The translations under genes were made by a program, and so were the position numbers. Of a DNA stretch of 59,441 nt, positions 1-9,374 are shown in pieces (positions within the stretch are counted from its first letter, which is position 1; the number at the start of each line of letters is the position of its first letter). Source of the stretch: a virus (Duplodnaviria; Caudoviricetes); the IMG/VR virus record IMGVR_UViG_3300032305_002284, positions 1 through 59,441 of that record. The stretch is one strand, 5' to 3'. Under the pieces are notes generated by a model. The model ran no database searches. It worked only from the letters and a program-made list of their open reading frames with translations, and was not told the DNA's origin.

Positions 1-394
1 ACTGATCAATAAGTACTTATCTGAATTTGATCTGTTTGTTGAATTTGAACTTGATGAACAATTCAATGAAAAGATTAAATCTAGATATAGAGATGAATTT
101 AGTTATTCATCATTTAGTGAGGGCGAGAAGCAAAAGATTGATTTGGCCATCCTTTTTACATGGAGAGCAGTTGCCAAACTTCGTAATTCATTGAATACTA
201 ACTTACTTATTCTCGATGAAATATTTGACTCGAGTCTTGATGGTAATGCAGCTGATGATCTTTTAAAGATTCTTCAGAATATAAGTCAAGATTCAAATAT
301 CTTTATTATTTCTCATAGAGAAAATCTTCATGACAAATTTGAGAATGTTATTAAATTTATAAAGCATAAAAACTTTTCAAGGATTTCAGAATGA
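1..394 (+). CDS. gp46: T4 gp46-like recombination endonuclease ATPase subunit (Rad50/SbcC family), 3' part; starts before the window
   Basis: Frame is open from base 2: ...FSYSSFSEGEKQKIDLAILFTWR...LLILDEIFDSSLD...FIISH (ABC signature, Walker B, H-loop). Confidence 0.93.
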   Translation, partial: LINKYLSEFDLFVEFELDEQFNEKIKSRYRDEFSYSSFSEGEKQKIDLAILFTWRAVAKLRNSLNTNLLILDEIFDSSLDGNAADDLLKILQNISQDSNIFIISHRENLHDKFENVIKFIKHKNFSRISE

Positions 395-867
395 AATTAG
401 TTGATTATAAAGATCCTATTCTAAAGAACGTTTCGGAAAAGTTCGACTTTTCTAATCCACCTTTTGAACCTATTGAATTTGCACAAGAACTTGTAAAATT
501 TATGTATGATAACAATGGCATATATGTGAGTGCACCACAAGTTGGTATTCCATATAGGATATTTGCTATGCGTGGATTGCCTGAAAATTTTGTTTGCTAT
601 AATCCAAAGATTGTAATGCCAGGCGAAGAAAAAATTCGTATGGAAGAAATATCGTTGACATATCCGGGATTGTGTGTTAAAATAAAAAGACCAAGGCATT
701 GCAAAGTTCGTTTTGCTACGCCCAATGGTGAAATTAGAACGGAAACATATACGGGTATGACCGCTCGTGCATTTTTTCATTGTATGGATTTCCTTGACGG
801 TGAGGTTTTCTATTCAAAAGCAAATCCAATCCACCGCCAACAAGCTTTTAAGAAATGGAAACGATGA
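391..867 (+). CDS. def: Peptide deformylase-like protein with degenerate catalytic motifs
   Basis: PDF layout (DPIL...APQVG...NPKI...YPG...RP...ARAFFH..D.LDG), but motifs read GIYVSAPQ / EISLT / HCMDF. Confidence 0.8.
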   Translation: MKLVDYKDPILKNVSEKFDFSNPPFEPIEFAQELVKFMYDNNGIYVSAPQVGIPYRIFAMRGLPENFVCYNPKIVMPGEEKIRMEEISLTYPGLCVKIKRPRHCKVRFATPNGEIRTETYTGMTARAFFHCMDFLDGEVFYSKANPIHRQQAFKKWKR

Positions 868-1403
868 ATATTTTCTACTTGTCCACGGATGCTCGCCAAG
901 CGGCGCAATGGATGGTTGATAAACATGTTGTTAAAATGATTTTGGAATCGGCGCAATTGCTGTCCACCGCACATCGTGTATTGGATGGTATTGAATCGGT
1001 TGGTAAATCACCAACTGGTCGTAAGCAAAAGACCTGGACTCTTGGTGATGCTCGTGACTCTGTACTATATAAAGCTACCCATATTAATCATCCCTCGGCA
1101 ATCTGGACTCGCAAGTCGGTTCAAAACTATAACTGGCTAGTAGACCATTTTTATGCACTTGGTGACGAATATACATATCGTTATGGTAAGACTCATAAAT
1201 CTTTTACAGGTGATTTGGCTTATATGCTTCAGTCGCCACCAAAGAACCTGACCGAATATGATATGACAGTTATGCCATCCGCAATGGCTGATGAATTTGT
1301 TGTGGATGAAGATCCTATTATTAATTATCGTAATTACTACAAGATCGGGAAAGCAAGAATGCATTCCTGGAAAAACCGTCAACCACCTGAATGGATTATC
1401 TAA
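864..1403 (+). CDS. Pyrimidine-dimer DNA glycosylase (DenV-related) family protein
   Basis: MNIFYL...DKHVVKMILESAQLLSTAH...THINHPSAIW...YRYGKTHKS...YRNYY pattern. Confidence 0.7.
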   Translation: MNIFYLSTDARQAAQWMVDKHVVKMILESAQLLSTAHRVLDGIESVGKSPTGRKQKTWTLGDARDSVLYKATHINHPSAIWTRKSVQNYNWLVDHFYALGDEYTYRYGKTHKSFTGDLAYMLQSPPKNLTEYDMTVMPSAMADEFVVDEDPIINYRNYYKIGKARMHSWKNRQPPEWII

Positions 1404-1405
1404 AT

Positions 1406-1771
1406 ATGACATACGAAATTACAGAATCAGAAATTACCGTTATCCGTAATATTCAAGACAAGCTTTATGGGCAGGCAAGTGCTATGGGTTGGCATGATAA
1501 GCCTCGTGAAATCGGGACTTTTATTGCTCTAGCTCATTCCGAACTTTCCGAAGCACTTGAAGGTGCCCGTAAGGATCTTATGGATGACCACTTGACAAAT
1601 AGATCAATGCTTGAAGTTGAACTTGCCGATTGCATCATCCGAATTCTTGATATGGCTGGTCATTATAAGTTGGACGTTGCAGGTGCTATTGCAGAAAAGC
1701 ATCAATATAATGCTAATCGTGCAGATCATAAGCGTGAAAATCGTGCCGCAGCTGGTGGTAAGAAATTCTAA
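1406..1771 (+). CDS. MazG-like NTP pyrophosphohydrolase
   Basis: ALAHSELSEALEGARK...EVELADCIIRILD (ExxE...ExAD). Confidence 0.8.
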   Translation: MTYEITESEITVIRNIQDKLYGQASAMGWHDKPREIGTFIALAHSELSEALEGARKDLMDDHLTNRSMLEVELADCIIRILDMAGHYKLDVAGAIAEKHQYNANRADHKRENRAAAGGKKF

Positions 1772-1778
1772 ATAACAT

Positions 1779-2102
1779 TTGGGAGATAACCTAATGACAA
1801 TAGAAGTACGGGATACCTCCCAAGACTATGATGATATGGTTTCTTATAAAGCCAAAGAAAATATTCGAACTGATTTGTCTGTATTCTTTGGCGAGGAAAC
1901 CGATCAAAAGCCAATTGTTCCACCCAAGAAAATTGATCCAGATTTTCCTGAACAATGGCAATCTTTATTTGTAAATTTTAGATCACATGATGATTTTGTC
2001 AAATTCATGAAACTGATTGATGAAGTCCCATCGCCTAAAACTAAAGATCTTATTTTTAAAGCAAATAAAGATAATGGTATTTTGAATTTTTTTGGAGATT
2101 AA
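1779..2102 (+). CDS. Hypothetical protein, paralog of the next ORF
   Basis: WQSLFVNFRSHDDFVKF...KTKDLI aligns with WKQISIKFPTMEDRKKF...KTNVIW. Confidence 0.6.
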   Translation: MGDNLMTIEVRDTSQDYDDMVSYKAKENIRTDLSVFFGEETDQKPIVPPKKIDPDFPEQWQSLFVNFRSHDDFVKFMKLIDEVPSPKTKDLIFKANKDNGILNFFGD

Positions 2103-2103
2103 A

Positions 2104-2367
2104 ATGAATCTACATAAAACGATCGAAGATTTGGAAACGGATTGGCGAAATCCGTATGCACAATGGTATGCAGCAGGTATGCCAGCATTTGTTACTAAAA
2201 ATCTTGAGCCATGGAAACAAATTTCAATTAAATTTCCTACCATGGAAGATCGTAAGAAATTTGCTGAAATCACCGGTTATTCCTTGACCGAAAAGACAAA
2301 TGTTATTTGGTATCCCGATAAGGGCCGTGAGCGAAACAATATGAATAGAGTTATTGAAGATGAGTAA
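2104..2367 (+). CDS. Hypothetical protein adjacent to glycosyltransferase
   Basis: GMPAF...F...ED..KF...LTEKT..IWYP; overlaps the GT start. Confidence 0.6.
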   Translation: MNLHKTIEDLETDWRNPYAQWYAAGMPAFVTKNLEPWKQISIKFPTMEDRKKFAEITGYSLTEKTNVIWYPDKGRERNNMNRVIEDE

Positions 2368-3298
2368 AGCAAGCCGTTATCCGATTTACATTATCAGTAA
2401 AGGTCGATGGGATTCTAGATATACTAGTAAAGCCCTAGAGCGTATGGGTGTTCCATATTATATTGCGGTTGAACCTCAAGAATATGATAATTATGCTGCT
2501 GTAATTGATCCAAAGAAAGTACTTACTTTACCTTTCAGTAATCATGGTAAAGGTTCAGGTCCTGCCCGTAACTGGTGCTGGGGACACTCACAAGCAAATG
2601 GATTTAAGCGTCATTGGCTTATGGATGATAATATCTATGAGTTTTGGCGCTTTCATCAGAATAAGCGTTATCGTGTGGAGAAAGGTTCTGGTATTTTTAG
2701 AGCAACCGAAGATTTTGTGGATCGGTATGAAAATATTGCCCTAGCAGGTCTCCAATATAAGTTTTTCTGTGTGGATGATTATCCATACCCACCGTATATT
2801 CTTAACACTCGTATCATGTCATGTTTCTTAATCGACAATGATTGTCCACATAAGTGGCGTGGTCGCTATAATGAAGACGTTGATTTGTCTATCCGTGTTC
2901 TTAAGGAAGGTCTTTGCACAATGCTATTCTATGCTTTCCTTTGTGGTAAAGCAAGAACCGGTACTGTCAAGGGCGGTAATACATCGGAAGTTTATAATAA
3001 CTATGCTGATGATGCCTCACTCAAGAAGTCACAAATGCTTGTTGAGATGCATCCAGATGTAGTTACTCTTGACCAGCGCTACGGTCGAGTGCATCATCAT
3101 GTCGACCTTAATGCTATTATTAATAAGAATGGTCAACCTGCTAGAGATAATCGACCAATCCTGAAAAAAGATGTTGACATTTTCAACAAAGTGGATAATT
3201 ATGGTATGAGACTCATTCGTGAATGGGATACACCCGAAGCATATGAAGATTTGGAATATTCCAGTGATGTATATCCACAAGGACGGAAAAATTATTAA
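2360..3298 (+). CDS. GT-A glycosyltransferase, TET-associated/GREB1-like type (putative DNA-base glycosyltransferase)
   Basis: YPIYIISKGR...ARNWCW...HWLMDDNI...WRGRYNEDVDLS...GGNT. Confidence 0.7.
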   Translation: MSKASRYPIYIISKGRWDSRYTSKALERMGVPYYIAVEPQEYDNYAAVIDPKKVLTLPFSNHGKGSGPARNWCWGHSQANGFKRHWLMDDNIYEFWRFHQNKRYRVEKGSGIFRATEDFVDRYENIALAGLQYKFFCVDDYPYPPYILNTRIMSCFLIDNDCPHKWRGRYNEDVDLSIRVLKEGLCTMLFYAFLCGKARTGTVKGGNTSEVYNNYADDASLKKSQMLVEMHPDVVTLDQRYGRVHHHVDLNAIINKNGQPARDNRPILKKDVDIFNKVDNYGMRLIREWDTPEAYEDLEYSSDVYPQGRKNY

Positions 3299-4257
3299 TG
3301 GCTAAAATTTTAATTACCGGTGGGGCAGGCTTCATCGGTTTTCATCTTGCACAGAAACTTATCAATGGTGAAGATACCATTCATATTATTGATAATTTTA
3401 ATGATTATTATGATGTCGAGTTGAAGCATGCTCGTGCAAAAATCCTATTTGATACTAACAAGGTTGAAATTTTTGGTCATGATCTGAACGACTCTAAGGT
3501 CTTACAGAAATATTTTATTACAAATAGGCCTGATATTGTAATCCATCTTGCTGCTCATGCGGGTGTCCGACATTCACTTGACCATACGATGGATTATATT
3601 CAAAATAATATTGTAGCGACTCAAAATCTTATCGCTATGTGTGAGATTTATGGTGTAAAGAAAGTAATTTATGCTTCAACTTCATGCGTTATGGCAGGTA
3701 ATCCATTGCCATGGCGTGAAGATGTTCCGGTTGGTCACCAATTAAATCCATATGGATACACCAAGCGCACAAATGAATGTCAGTTTATGACTTCTAAGAT
3801 TCCAAATACTATTGGTCTTAGGTTCTTTACTGTTTATGGTCCATACGGTCGCCCCGATATGGCTCTATTTCAGTTTGCAAATTCTGCTGTTACCGGTGCA
3901 CCAGTTAATGTTTTTAACTATGGTGATATGAAGCGTGACTTTACTTATGTAGACGATATCGTCAATGGTATTATTATTGTTCTAGATCGCATTATATGTA
4001 TTGACAAATCATTGGATGAGATATATAATATAGGGAGAGGTGAACAAATCCAACTTATGGATTTTATCTCCGAGATCGAAACTAATTTTGATCGAATTAT
4101 TACCAAGAATTTTGTCCCAAAGCATCCTGCCGATACATTGGAAACTTGGTCCGATACAACCAAGTTACAGGCTCTTGGATGGAAACCTTCGGTTTCTGTT
4201 CCTGAAGGTGTTGCAAAATTCTGTGAATGGTATAAAGCATATTATGAGGTAAATTGA
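3298..4257 (+). CDS. NAD-dependent epimerase, UDP-glucuronate 4-epimerase-like
   Basis: TGGAGFIG, HLAAHAGVRHS, YGYTK, LRFFTVYGPYGRPDMA, RDFTYVDDI. Confidence 0.88.
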   Translation: MAKILITGGAGFIGFHLAQKLINGEDTIHIIDNFNDYYDVELKHARAKILFDTNKVEIFGHDLNDSKVLQKYFITNRPDIVIHLAAHAGVRHSLDHTMDYIQNNIVATQNLIAMCEIYGVKKVIYASTSCVMAGNPLPWREDVPVGHQLNPYGYTKRTNECQFMTSKIPNTIGLRFFTVYGPYGRPDMALFQFANSAVTGAPVNVFNYGDMKRDFTYVDDIVNGIIIVLDRIICIDKSLDEIYNIGRGEQIQLMDFISEIETNFDRIITKNFVPKHPADTLETWSDTTKLQALGWKPSVSVPEGVAKFCEWYKAYYEVN

Positions 4258-5115
4258 ATGAAGATTGCTATTATTGGTCATGGATTTGTTGGAAAGGCCG
4301 TTGATTATGGCTTTCCCGATATTATGTGTGAAAAGTTTATTTTTGATCCACTGCTTAATAACCCAGTTGAAAACATCTCCTCAGTCGATAATATAGATTT
4401 TTCATTCGTCTGTGTCCCCACCCCTATGGGTGTTGATGGTAGTATTGATTCCTCTATTATTGAAAATGTTTTGGCCGTATTAAAGAAAAATACAAGTGGA
4501 ACAATTATCATTAAATCTACAATCACTCCTGATATTATCAGTAAAATTTTCCGAGGACCTCATCGTGATCGGATTGTTTATAACCCGGAGTTTTTAACCG
4601 AAAAAAGTGCCAATGAGGATTTTGTAAATCCTTTCATGCATATTTTTGGTGGTAATCCGGACTATACTAGTAAGGTTGAGGAATTATATAAGTATTATAG
4701 TCTTTGCAAGCCTTGTCCAGTATATCATATGTCTGCGGTAGATGCCAGTTTTGTCAAGTATGGTGTTAATAGTTATCTGGCATCTAAGGTTCTTTGGTTT
4801 AATCAATTCTATGATATTGTTAATTCCGAGGGTGCAAATTTCGGTAAGGTAATCAGTGCTATTACTGCTGATTCCCGTGTAGGTAGATCACATACAACTG
4901 TCCCCGGCTTTGATGGAAAGAGAGGTTTTGGTGGTGCATGTTTCCCTAAAGACACCATGGCATTCCTGAATTATTCTAAGAAGAATAAGCAAAATTTCTC
5001 TGTCCTGGAGACTGTTATTAGGGAAAATAATAACTATCGTAAGGGGTATGAAAAAGATACTAGGGAAATTGAACAGAATATTAATTTTGATATGGGAGTA
5101 ACTAATGCCACCTGA
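4258..5115 (+). CDS. ugd: UDP-glucose/GDP-mannose 6-dehydrogenase family (short form)
   Basis: IIGHGFVG, CVPTP, IKSTI, YNPEFL, GFGGACFPKD. Confidence 0.88.
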   Translation: MKIAIIGHGFVGKAVDYGFPDIMCEKFIFDPLLNNPVENISSVDNIDFSFVCVPTPMGVDGSIDSSIIENVLAVLKKNTSGTIIIKSTITPDIISKIFRGPHRDRIVYNPEFLTEKSANEDFVNPFMHIFGGNPDYTSKVEELYKYYSLCKPCPVYHMSAVDASFVKYGVNSYLASKVLWFNQFYDIVNSEGANFGKVISAITADSRVGRSHTTVPGFDGKRGFGGACFPKDTMAFLNYSKKNKQNFSVLETVIRENNNYRKGYEKDTREIEQNINFDMGVTNAT

Positions 5116-5395
5116 AAAATTTTTGTTTAAGTATAACGAAGGTCAAATACTAGACGAGCTATATGCATATATAATGAAGACATATGGCAGTCATTACGGA
5201 GATAGAGTCCAAGCACAAGATCTGATAATTTCATCTGGTCACGCCGAAGGTTTCTATATTGGAAATGTTATTAAATATGCTTCTCGCTATGGAAAAAAGA
5301 ATGGTAAAAACAAAGATGACCTGATGAAGGTTCTTCACTATACTGTTCTTGCTTTAAATTATCACTTCATTGAAAATGAAAATAAGGAAAATTAA
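5105..5395 (+). CDS. DUF3310 / T7 gp1.7-like protein
   Basis: HY...GFYIGNVIKYASRYGKKNG...DLMKVLHY. Confidence 0.7.
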   Translation: MPPEKFLFKYNEGQILDELYAYIMKTYGSHYGDRVQAQDLIISSGHAEGFYIGNVIKYASRYGKKNGKNKDDLMKVLHYTVLALNYHFIENENKEN

Positions 5396-5397
5396 TC

Positions 5398-6246
5398 ATG
5401 GAAATCTCGATTCAAATTGAAGAACTTCGTAAGCGTAAGATCTTTTTGGCAACCCCTATGTATGGTGGTCAATGTGCAGGTATGTTTGCTAAGTCTGTTG
5501 CTGACTTGACATCTCTTTGTACATCTAATGGTATTGAACTACGTTCATACTTTTTGTTCAATGAATCTCTTATCACTCGTGCACGTAATTATTGCGTAGA
5601 TGAGTTTATGCGGTCCGATTGCACCCACATGATGTTCATTGATTCGGATATCGGATTTGATCCTCGTGATGTTCTTGCAATGCTTGCACTCCAAAGTGAT
5701 GATTCCGAATATGATGTCCTTGCAGGGCCCTATCCTAAGAAGTGTATCAGTTGGGAAAAGATCAAGCTTGCTGTCGACAAGGGTATTGCTGATGAGGATC
5801 CCAATGTCCTTGAAAAGTATGTTGGTGATTATGTTTTTAATCCAAAGGGTGGTGGTGGAAATATCCGTATTGATATTCCGGTAGAAGTGTCTGAGATTGG
5901 TACCGGATTTATGATGACTCGGCGCTCTGCTTTTGAAAAGTTTGAAAAGGCATTTCCTCAGTATAGTTATAAACCAGATCATGTCCGCACAGAACAGTTT
6001 GATGGTTCTCGTGAAATCATGCAATACTTCCAGGCTGAAATTGATCCTGCTTCTAAGCGCTATCTTTCGGAAGACTATTGGTTCTGTCAGAAGCTTATTG
6101 AAATCGGTGGTAAGGTTTGGTATTGCCCATGGATGAAGCTTCAACACGTTGGTAGTTATATCTTTGGCGGATCATTGGTTGATCTAGCTTCTATCGGTGC
6201 ACCTGCTACCGCTGACCCTGGTCTATTGAAGAAGACCAAGAAGTAA
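5398..6246 (+). CDS. GT-A fold glycosyltransferase-like protein
   Basis: ATPMYGG...ESLITRARN...MFIDSDIGF...GTGFMM...LSEDYWFC. Confidence 0.7.
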   Translation: MEISIQIEELRKRKIFLATPMYGGQCAGMFAKSVADLTSLCTSNGIELRSYFLFNESLITRARNYCVDEFMRSDCTHMMFIDSDIGFDPRDVLAMLALQSDDSEYDVLAGPYPKKCISWEKIKLAVDKGIADEDPNVLEKYVGDYVFNPKGGGGNIRIDIPVEVSEIGTGFMMTRRSAFEKFEKAFPQYSYKPDHVRTEQFDGSREIMQYFQAEIDPASKRYLSEDYWFCQKLIEIGGKVWYCPWMKLQHVGSYIFGGSLVDLASIGAPATADPGLLKKTKK

Positions 6247-6274
6247 TTTTTATATTTTATAATGGAGAACGTGA

Positions 6275-6928
6275 ATGAAGATTAATAATAAGACCCTGAA
6301 TATTCTTAAGAACTTTGCAACAATCAATCCCTCGATTATTGTAAAGCCTGGAAATATTCTAAAGACAATCTCCTCGAGCAAGACCATTCTTGCTCGGGCC
6401 GAGGTTCCCGATACATTTGAATACCCATTTGCAATTTACAATCTGTCTCAGTTTATTGGTTGTATTTCAATGTTTACGGATCCGGATCTTGACTTTGATG
6501 AAAGTTCTGTGACCATCAGCGATGGAAAGAACAAGATCGTATATCACTATGCCGATTCCTCAATCATTCTTGCGCCACCCGATAAGGATATTAATATCCC
6601 ATCAGTTGATGCAGAATTTAAGATTTCAGCAACTGATATTCCTAGTGTTGCCAAGGCACTCAGTATTCTTGAACTTACTGAAATTGCATTTGTCGGCGAT
6701 GGTGATAATATCCTTATTCAAGCAATTGATAGTAAAAACCCATCCTCAAATCAATATAGTGTAAAGGTTGGTGCTACCGATAAGGTTTTTAAGGCTATTT
6801 TCAAGCCTGATAATCTTAAGATGGTTCCTGATGACTATGTTGTCACACTTTCTTCTAAGGGCCTTTCAAAGTTTGTTGGTACTGAGGCTACATACTACGT
6901 AGCTATTGAGGCAACAAGCACTTTTTGA
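6275..6928 (+). CDS. gp45: Sliding clamp
   Basis: TLNILKNFATINPSI...FAIYNLSQF; position before gp44. Confidence 0.92.
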   Translation: MKINNKTLNILKNFATINPSIIVKPGNILKTISSSKTILARAEVPDTFEYPFAIYNLSQFIGCISMFTDPDLDFDESSVTISDGKNKIVYHYADSSIILAPPDKDINIPSVDAEFKISATDIPSVAKALSILELTEIAFVGDGDNILIQAIDSKNPSSNQYSVKVGATDKVFKAIFKPDNLKMVPDDYVVTLSSKGLSKFVGTEATYYVAIEATSTF

Positions 6929-6957
6929 TTTACAATATAGTATTATTGGTGTATAAT

Positions 6958-6987
6958 AGGGTAGGGTGTATAACTCTACCCTTTTTT
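6958..6987 (+). terminator. Rho-independent terminator-like hairpin
   Basis: gggtagggt-gtata-actctaccc followed by a T run. Confidence 0.65.
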
Positions 6988-7003
6988 ATGACGGAGAATT
7001 TAA

Positions 7004-7942
7004 ATGCTTGAGCAATTTTTGTGGGTGGAAAAGTATCGTCCAAAAAAGATTAGTGACACTATTCTTCCGATCGAACTAAAGAAAACGTTTCAGCAATTTG
7101 TAGATCAAAAGAATATTCCAAATCTACTCCTCACCGGTTCAGCAGGTGTTGGTAAGACTACCGTAGCTAAGGCTATGCTTGAAGAACTTGGTTGTGATTA
7201 TATTGTCATTAACGGCTCGATGAATGGTAACATCGACACACTCCGTAATGAAATCCAAAACTTTGCTTCCACCGTATCGTTTGCTGGTGGTCGTAAATAT
7301 GTAATCCTGGACGAGGCGGATTATCTAAATCCTAACTCTACACAACCTGCTCTCCGCAATTTTATGGAAGAGTTCAGTCGTAACTGTGGGTTCATTCTTA
7401 CATGTAATTATAAGAATCGAATCATTGCACCTCTGCATTCCAGATGTTCGGTCGTTGATTTTAGTATTCCTAAGGATTGTAAGCCTAAGTTGGCATCACA
7501 ATTCTTTAAGCGTGTAATTGGTATTCTTGATTCTGAAAAAATTTCATACGATCAAGCCGTTGTTGCAAATGTTATCCAAAAGCACTTTCCGGACTGGAGG
7601 CGTGTGCTTAATGAATTGCAGCGCTATAGTGCTATCGGTTCTATTGACTCAGGTATTCTGACTAATTTCCAGGACCTATCAGTCAAGCAAATCTTTGATG
7701 CATGTAAGAAGAAAGATTTTGATGGAGTTCGGAAATGGGTTCATGATAATAGTGATCAAGATCAGGTTGCCGTATTTCGTTCGGTCTATGAAAATTCATT
7801 TGAATATGTTTCAAAGAAGTCTATCCCCGAACTGATTGTTATTATTGCTGATTATCAATACAAGGCGGCATTTGTGGTCAACCATGAAATTAATATGTTG
7901 GCATTCTTTGTAGAACTCATGATGCGCTTGGAGTGGCAATAA
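7004..7942 (+). CDS. gp44: Clamp loader large subunit
   Basis: LWVEKYRP, GSAGVGKTT, ILDEAD, LHSRC. Confidence 0.96.
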   Translation: MLEQFLWVEKYRPKKISDTILPIELKKTFQQFVDQKNIPNLLLTGSAGVGKTTVAKAMLEELGCDYIVINGSMNGNIDTLRNEIQNFASTVSFAGGRKYVILDEADYLNPNSTQPALRNFMEEFSRNCGFILTCNYKNRIIAPLHSRCSVVDFSIPKDCKPKLASQFFKRVIGILDSEKISYDQAVVANVIQKHFPDWRRVLNELQRYSAIGSIDSGILTNFQDLSVKQIFDACKKKDFDGVRKWVHDNSDQDQVAVFRSVYENSFEYVSKKSIPELIVIIADYQYKAAFVVNHEINMLAFFVELMMRLEWQ

Positions 7943-8466
7943 TGGCTGTTAAGCCCAAGCGTGGTAAACAAGCCGAAAAGGTAGATCCTAATTCTATATC
8001 TACCATTTTCGGCAGGGTTATTAAACACGAAGAGAAGGAAGAAAAGGGCACTGGTGTTAACCCATTTTCGTTTATCAACGATATTAATTTTGGTAAGGAA
8101 TATATCTACAGCGATGAAACAAAGTCATCGTTTGAGCCCTATATCGTCACCAAGGCCATGTCTATCTTTCCAGACACTCTTTCTGATGCTATCTTTTTAA
8201 ACTCAAATTTCCATCTCGATGAAAAGATGCAACATGACTACCTATTCTATAAGGTAGCCAAGCGCAAGAGATTCAAAAAGGATGCATGGTTTAAAAAGAC
8301 AGAGGATGAAAAAAAGGAATTAAAAATCCTTAAAGATATTGGTAAAATTATTAATTATAATCTAAATGAAACAAAACGTTTTTGGAATATGCTTACAGAA
8401 ACACAAAAGAAAGACTTCTTGGAACAATATGTGTATCCAGACTCAAGGAATAAAAATAATAAATAA
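7942..8466 (+). CDS. gp62: Clamp loader small subunit
   Basis: NPFSFINDIN...PYIV.KAMS.F.DT...MQHDYL; lies between gp44 and regA. Confidence 0.8.
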   Translation: MAVKPKRGKQAEKVDPNSISTIFGRVIKHEEKEEKGTGVNPFSFINDINFGKEYIYSDETKSSFEPYIVTKAMSIFPDTLSDAIFLNSNFHLDEKMQHDYLFYKVAKRKRFKKDAWFKKTEDEKKELKILKDIGKIINYNLNETKRFWNMLTETQKKDFLEQYVYPDSRNKNNK

Positions 8467-8494
8467 AGAAAAATAATAATGAGGTACTACTGTT

Positions 8495-8893
8495 ATGTCT
8501 ATAATAGAAACATTCCTAGAAGTGAAACTAGCTGAGGAAGAAGATTTCTTAAAAATTAAAGAAACTCTTACTCGTATTGGTATAGCTTCCCATAAAGAGA
8601 AGAAGCTATACCAATCTTGTCATATTTTACATAATCGCGGTAGATATTTCATAGTTCATTTTAAAGAACTATTTCTACTTGATGGCAAAGAATCAGACTT
8701 TACCGAAGATGATTTAGGCCGCCGTAATACTATAGCCAGTCTTGTAGAGCAATGGGGTTTATTTCGAATCGTTGACTATAAACGTTTTGATGAACCAAAA
8801 ACACCTCTTAATAAGATTAAGGTGCTACCTTTCAAGGACAAGGATGAATGGACTCTTGTATCCAAATATACGGTAGGCCGTAAGAAAAAATAA
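8495..8893 (+). CDS. regA: Translational repressor RegA
   Basis: DFLKIKETLTRIGIAS...LYQSCHILH..GRYFIVHFKELF. Confidence 0.96.
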   Translation: MSIIETFLEVKLAEEEDFLKIKETLTRIGIASHKEKKLYQSCHILHNRGRYFIVHFKELFLLDGKESDFTEDDLGRRNTIASLVEQWGLFRIVDYKRFDEPKTPLNKIKVLPFKDKDEWTLVSKYTVGRKKK

Positions 8894-8908
8894 AGGATAT
8901 ATTATATT

Positions 8909-9256
8909 ATGTTTAAGTGGTTTTGGCAAAAAGAAGTGAAAATTATTATACGAGATAAAGAACTTCAACGACTGACGGATCTTTTATTCCCACCTCTCGA
9001 GCGAATTGAACGCGATGGTGATCTTTACCAGGTGGATTATTCAGTCGATATGAACCTGGATTCAGCACTTCAAGATCTTAAGTATGGTTCGAACGACAAA
9101 ACCACCCAAGAGACCATCTCAAGGGTGTTGGATCGACTGATCGAAGCTAGAAAAATCTTAAACGCTTATCCAGTGCTAGATGAGAATACCAAGTTTCTCA
9201 TCGTGGATAATCTACCTAACGAAAAAGAAAGAGAGATTAATCCTTCTCGGGACTAA
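8909..9256 (+). CDS. Hypothetical protein
   Basis: ORF with aagga RBS after regA. Confidence 0.6.
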   Translation: MFKWFWQKEVKIIIRDKELQRLTDLLFPPLERIERDGDLYQVDYSVDMNLDSALQDLKYGSNDKTTQETISRVLDRLIEARKILNAYPVLDENTKFLIVDNLPNEKEREINPSRD

Positions 9257-9374
9257 CCTTCTCTTTCTTTCTGTTATAGACTTTTTTAGACTCGACGACT
9301 CGTTTTCGAAACAAAGGTGTGTGCAGAGCCCGAGCAATTGGATTCCGCTTTTTGGGAACCGAGCGCTTTTGCAT
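9237..9374 (-). CDS. Small basic ArfA-like protein
   Basis: MQKRSVPKKRNPIARALHTPLFRKRVVESKKVYNRKK; AGGAGA RBS on the minus strand at 9381-9386. Confidence 0.65.
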   Translation of the reverse strand: MQKRSVPKKRNPIARALHTPLFRKRVVESKKVYNRKKEKVSPEKD

